Shown piece by piece: positions 60,884 to 64,000 of a DNA stretch of 64,000 nt. How positions within the stretch are numbered: the first letter of the stretch is position 1; every line of letters starts with the position of its first letter. Below the pieces are notes generated by a model that did no database searches, had not been told where the DNA came from, and was given only the letters and a program-made list of their open reading frames with translations. The DNA is from an uncultured delta proteobacterium (GTDB lineage: Bacteria > Desulfobacterota > Syntrophia > Syntrophales > UBA2185), in assembly GCA_963729715.1 (NCBI GenBank), contig CAVSPA010000009.1, forward strand, positions 1 to 64,000. The letters run 5' to 3'. Position numbers and translations under genes: made by a program.

Positions 60884-62758
60884 ATGTCACCGTTTGGCTT
60901 TAAATCAAAAGGAACATTTCGCTACCCATGGCTGATATTCTCTACGATTCTTCTGTGTATCGTAGTCAGCGCAGGATGGTTTGCGACGGGTTATTTAGGC
61001 GAGAGGGCCAGGCGGGAAATCATCAAGGATAACGAATCAGCAATAGCATTACTATCAGCCCACTTGACGAGTGAAATGAACAAAATCGAAGGGGCAGTGA
61101 GGTCTCTGTCAGGTTCTCCCTGGATAGCGCCTGCGCTAATTCCCCGTACGGATATAGATATCGCTCACGCAAACTCTGCCTTAGACCGTTACAATGCAGC
61201 GATAGATGCCTCTGTCAGTTTTCTTATGGATAGCTCCGGCATGACCATCGCCTCTTCCAACCGCAATGCCCGGGACAGCTTTGTAGGCACATCTTATGAT
61301 TTCCGTCCCTACTTCACACAGGCGATGAACGGGAACCATGGCCGATATTTTGCCCTCGGTACGGTCTCCTTGAAGAGAGGCTTTTATGCAAGCTGTCCTG
61401 TCAGGGACAACAGCGGCACAATAGTTGGCGTTGTCACAATGAAAAAGGACCTCGATGAGGCAGCAATCCTTCTGCGCAATTACCCGTACTGCTTCTTTGT
61501 CCATCCGCACGGCATAATTTTTCTCTCCGGCAAAAAGGAATTGCTCATGAAAAGTCTGTGGCCGATAAATCAGGAAATACAACGGGAATTGCTTGCAGCC
61601 AAACAGTTCGGTGAAAAACCGTTTGAAGCAATCATGTCGCAGGAAGTTACTGACGGAATGTATGTTACGCTCTACGGAACCAATTATCTTGTTTCACGCA
61701 AGGTCATCAATCCTGAAGGATGGTCCATCGTGCTCATGGCGCCAACGGATAGGATTCTCATATATCAGTCAGTTGGTGTGATTGTGACATTATTGATATG
61801 CACTTTTATAATAATACCGCTCATAATCACTTATAATACAGCCAGATCAGCGGAAATCGTAAGGGAAAGTGAAGAACTTTACAGAACCCTGGCAGAGAAG
61901 TCCTTCGCCAGCGTTTACGTAGTCCAGGATGGTAAATTTTGTTTCCTCAACTCCAACGCCGTAGCCTACAGCGGTTATACCATGGAGGAACTGCTCAATA
62001 AGGACACGACGGGTATTGTACATGCCGAAGATAAAGAGGAGTTGAAGAATAATGCCGCAGAGATGCTTCGTGGAACACGCACATCCCCTTATGTATTCAG
62101 AATAATAACAAAAGAGGGACAGACCCGGTGGATCATGGAAACGGTAACGTCAATCATCTGGGAGGGAAAGCGGGCAATTCTCGGGAACTCTATGGATATT
62201 ACAGAACGTAAGAAGATGGAGGAGGGGCTCATTACCTTATCGATAACTGACCTGCTTACGGGGCTGTATAACAGAAGGGGATTCATAATGTTTGCGGAAC
62301 AGCAGCTGAAACTATCCAACAGGAGCAAAAGGGGAATGCTGCTCTTCTTCACCGACCTGGACGGCATGAAATGGATTAACGATACGCTGGGACATGAGGA
62401 GGGAGATAAGGCTCTCATAGAAGCAGCAACTGTCCTTAAAGACACCTTCAGATCATCCGACATCATAGCACGCATGGGAGGCGACGAGTTCGCTGTCCTT
62501 ACCATCGATACCACGGACATAAATCCTGAAATCATTACTGCCCGGGTGCAGAATCTCATTGACATACGTAACCGCCGAGAAAACCGGAGATATACACTTT
62601 CCATCAGTGTAGGCTCCTCCTTCTACGATCCTGACAATCCGTGTTCGATTGATGAACTCATGGCAGAGGCGGATAAATCAATGTACGAGCACAAAAGAAG
62701 TAAAAAATCATGCGGCGTCAGCAGCAATTACACGCTGCCAGCTGATGTATTGTATTAA
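60884..62758 (+). CDS. dCache-PAS-GGDEF diguanylate cyclase
   Basis: 2 TM flanking FRPYF-containing Cache domain; DLLTGLYNRR, RSSD I-site, GGDEF. Confidence 0.92.
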   Translation: MSPFGFKSKGTFRYPWLIFSTILLCIVVSAGWFATGYLGERARREIIKDNESAIALLSAHLTSEMNKIEGAVRSLSGSPWIAPALIPRTDIDIAHANSALDRYNAAIDASVSFLMDSSGMTIASSNRNARDSFVGTSYDFRPYFTQAMNGNHGRYFALGTVSLKRGFYASCPVRDNSGTIVGVVTMKKDLDEAAILLRNYPYCFFVHPHGIIFLSGKKELLMKSLWPINQEIQRELLAAKQFGEKPFEAIMSQEVTDGMYVTLYGTNYLVSRKVINPEGWSIVLMAPTDRILIYQSVGVIVTLLICTFIIIPLIITYNTARSAEIVRESEELYRTLAEKSFASVYVVQDGKFCFLNSNAVAYSGYTMEELLNKDTTGIVHAEDKEELKNNAAEMLRGTRTSPYVFRIITKEGQTRWIMETVTSIIWEGKRAILGNSMDITERKKMEEGLITLSITDLLTGLYNRRGFIMFAEQQLKLSNRSKRGMLLFFTDLDGMKWINDTLGHEEGDKALIEAATVLKDTFRSSDIIARMGGDEFAVLTIDTTDINPEIITARVQNLIDIRNRRENRRYTLSISVGSSFYDPDNPCSIDELMAEADKSMYEHKRSKKSCGVSSNYTLPADVLY

Positions 62759-62857
62759 TAAGCGAGAATTAATAGCTTTGGAAAGAAAGAGATTATAAGG
62801 CGGCAGGTCATGCAAGATGTAATGATACAAAATTCAGTCTCCTCCTTTGTAAGCGCG

Positions 62858-64000
62858 GGTACTCCCGGCAAGGGAACAAAAGCGCGCATTTCTTCACCCG
62901 TTACAAATGGGGCAAATTCAACTGGACTGAAAAATCAATGACAATGGTAAACGTTAGGAGCAAAGAATGACTCAGACAAATTCAAACCACAGGGTGGGCC
63001 GCCTGATCATCGTTGATGATGAATCAGAGTTGTTGAATATTCTGTGTGATATTCTAACTGATCGTGGGTATGAAACTGTGGGATATACGTCGGGCGCCGA
63101 AGCCCTGGCAAAGTTGAAGGACGAGGACTTCGATCTGCTGCTGACAGACCTGATGATGCCGGAAATGGGTGGGATCGAACTGCTTCAAGCCGCTCTTGTG
63201 ATTGACCCGAACATTGTCGGTATTGTCATGACCGGGCAGGGTACTGTACAGACGGCTGTGGAGGCCATGAAAACCGGCGCATTTGATTACATCATGAAGC
63301 CATTCAATTTGAATAGCCTCCTACCCGTGCTGTCGCGGGCGATGGAAATACGTCATCTGCGAACAGAAAACATTCAATTACGGGAAACCGTGGCGATGCA
63401 TGAACTTGGACAGGCATTGGCATTCACTTCGGATTTGAACCAGATACTGGATAAAGTGACAGACGCTGCGCTGCAACAGTGCGATGCGGACGAGGCGTCT
63501 ATTATGCTGCCGACATCCGATGGCAAAGAGCTTATTATTGCCGTGGCGCGCGGCGGGCATGCAGAACACATAGGAAAAAGAATACCGGTAGGACAGGGTA
63601 TCGCGGGATGGGTGGCTCATAATCTAAAGCCCGTTACTCTGAATGGAGAGGTTCATGACAAACGTTTTACGCCGATCAACCCAAGGGCTGACATACATAA
63701 CGCGATTTCCCTTCCGCTGCTCGTAGGGAACAGTTTAGTCGGTGTGTTGAATGTCAGTATCACCCGTCCCCACCGTCCTTTGACATTGGGACAGATCAAG
63801 GCATTGGGACTGCTGGTCACCATCGCATCCTCCATTATTGAGAATGCACGGCTGTCTGCCGAGAAAAAACGGGCGGAAGATCTCTACAGAACCCTGGCCG
63901 AAGATTCTCTTGCCGCTGTCTTTATAGTGCAGGATGGGAAATTTTGTTTCATTAACGCTGCCGTTGCGTCCATGGGTTATTCTCCGGGAGAGCTCATAGG
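62858..64000 (+). repeat. Duplicate of 55521-56663
   Basis: Constant 7337-bp offset; includes the 3' tail of the upstream kinase gene. Confidence 0.93.
62967..64000 (+). CDS. REC-GAF-PAS protein, paralogue of 55630 (runs off window)
   Basis: [19 protein letters not shown]...; AGGAG RBS; colinear with 55630 gene. Confidence 0.9.
   Translation, partial: MTQTNSNHRVGRLIIVDDESELLNILCDILTDRGYETVGYTSGAEALAKLKDEDFDLLLTDLMMPEMGGIELLQAALVIDPNIVGIVMTGQGTVQTAVEAMKTGAFDYIMKPFNLNSLLPVLSRAMEIRHLRTENIQLRETVAMHELGQALAFTSDLNQILDKVTDAALQQCDADEASIMLPTSDGKELIIAVARGGHAEHIGKRIPVGQGIAGWVAHNLKPVTLNGEVHDKRFTPINPRADIHNAISLPLLVGNSLVGVLNVSITRPHRPLTLGQIKALGLLVTIASSIIENARLSAEKKRAEDLYRTLAEDSLAAVFIVQDGKFCFINAAVASMGYSPGELI

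Overview
Accessory region of a probably anaerobic Desulfobacterota/Syntrophales-like bacterium (inferred from gene content, not verified). Three minus-strand copies of the 3' half of tRNA-Glu(TTC) (4133, 29224, 42643) divide the window into tandem integrative segments. The two complete segments (about 25 kb and 13 kb) have near-identical termini but unrelated cargo, and no integrase is present in the window. Segment 4133-29278 carries integron attC remnants with a HEPN (AbiU2-like) cassette and a sigma54/AcoR-like-regulated acyl-CoA catabolic cluster: AbfD, SDR, MFS, two ACADs, MaoC, two Ltp4/Ltp3-like thiolase-fold pairs with three DUF35 proteins, a CoA-transferase and an ADH, plus decayed ECH/ACS genes. 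Segment 29224-42690 carries a cyclase-AAA-TPR/EthD/hydrolase operon, IS21, Fe-S and flavin proteins, an IS110 with a 71-bp flanking duplication and candidate guide RNA, and two TA modules. Right of 42690 lie IS256 and a 20-kb two-component/c-di-GMP signalling cluster with an internal mosaic duplication. IS3 and IS200 lie at the left end. All calls come from manual reading; no database searches were run.
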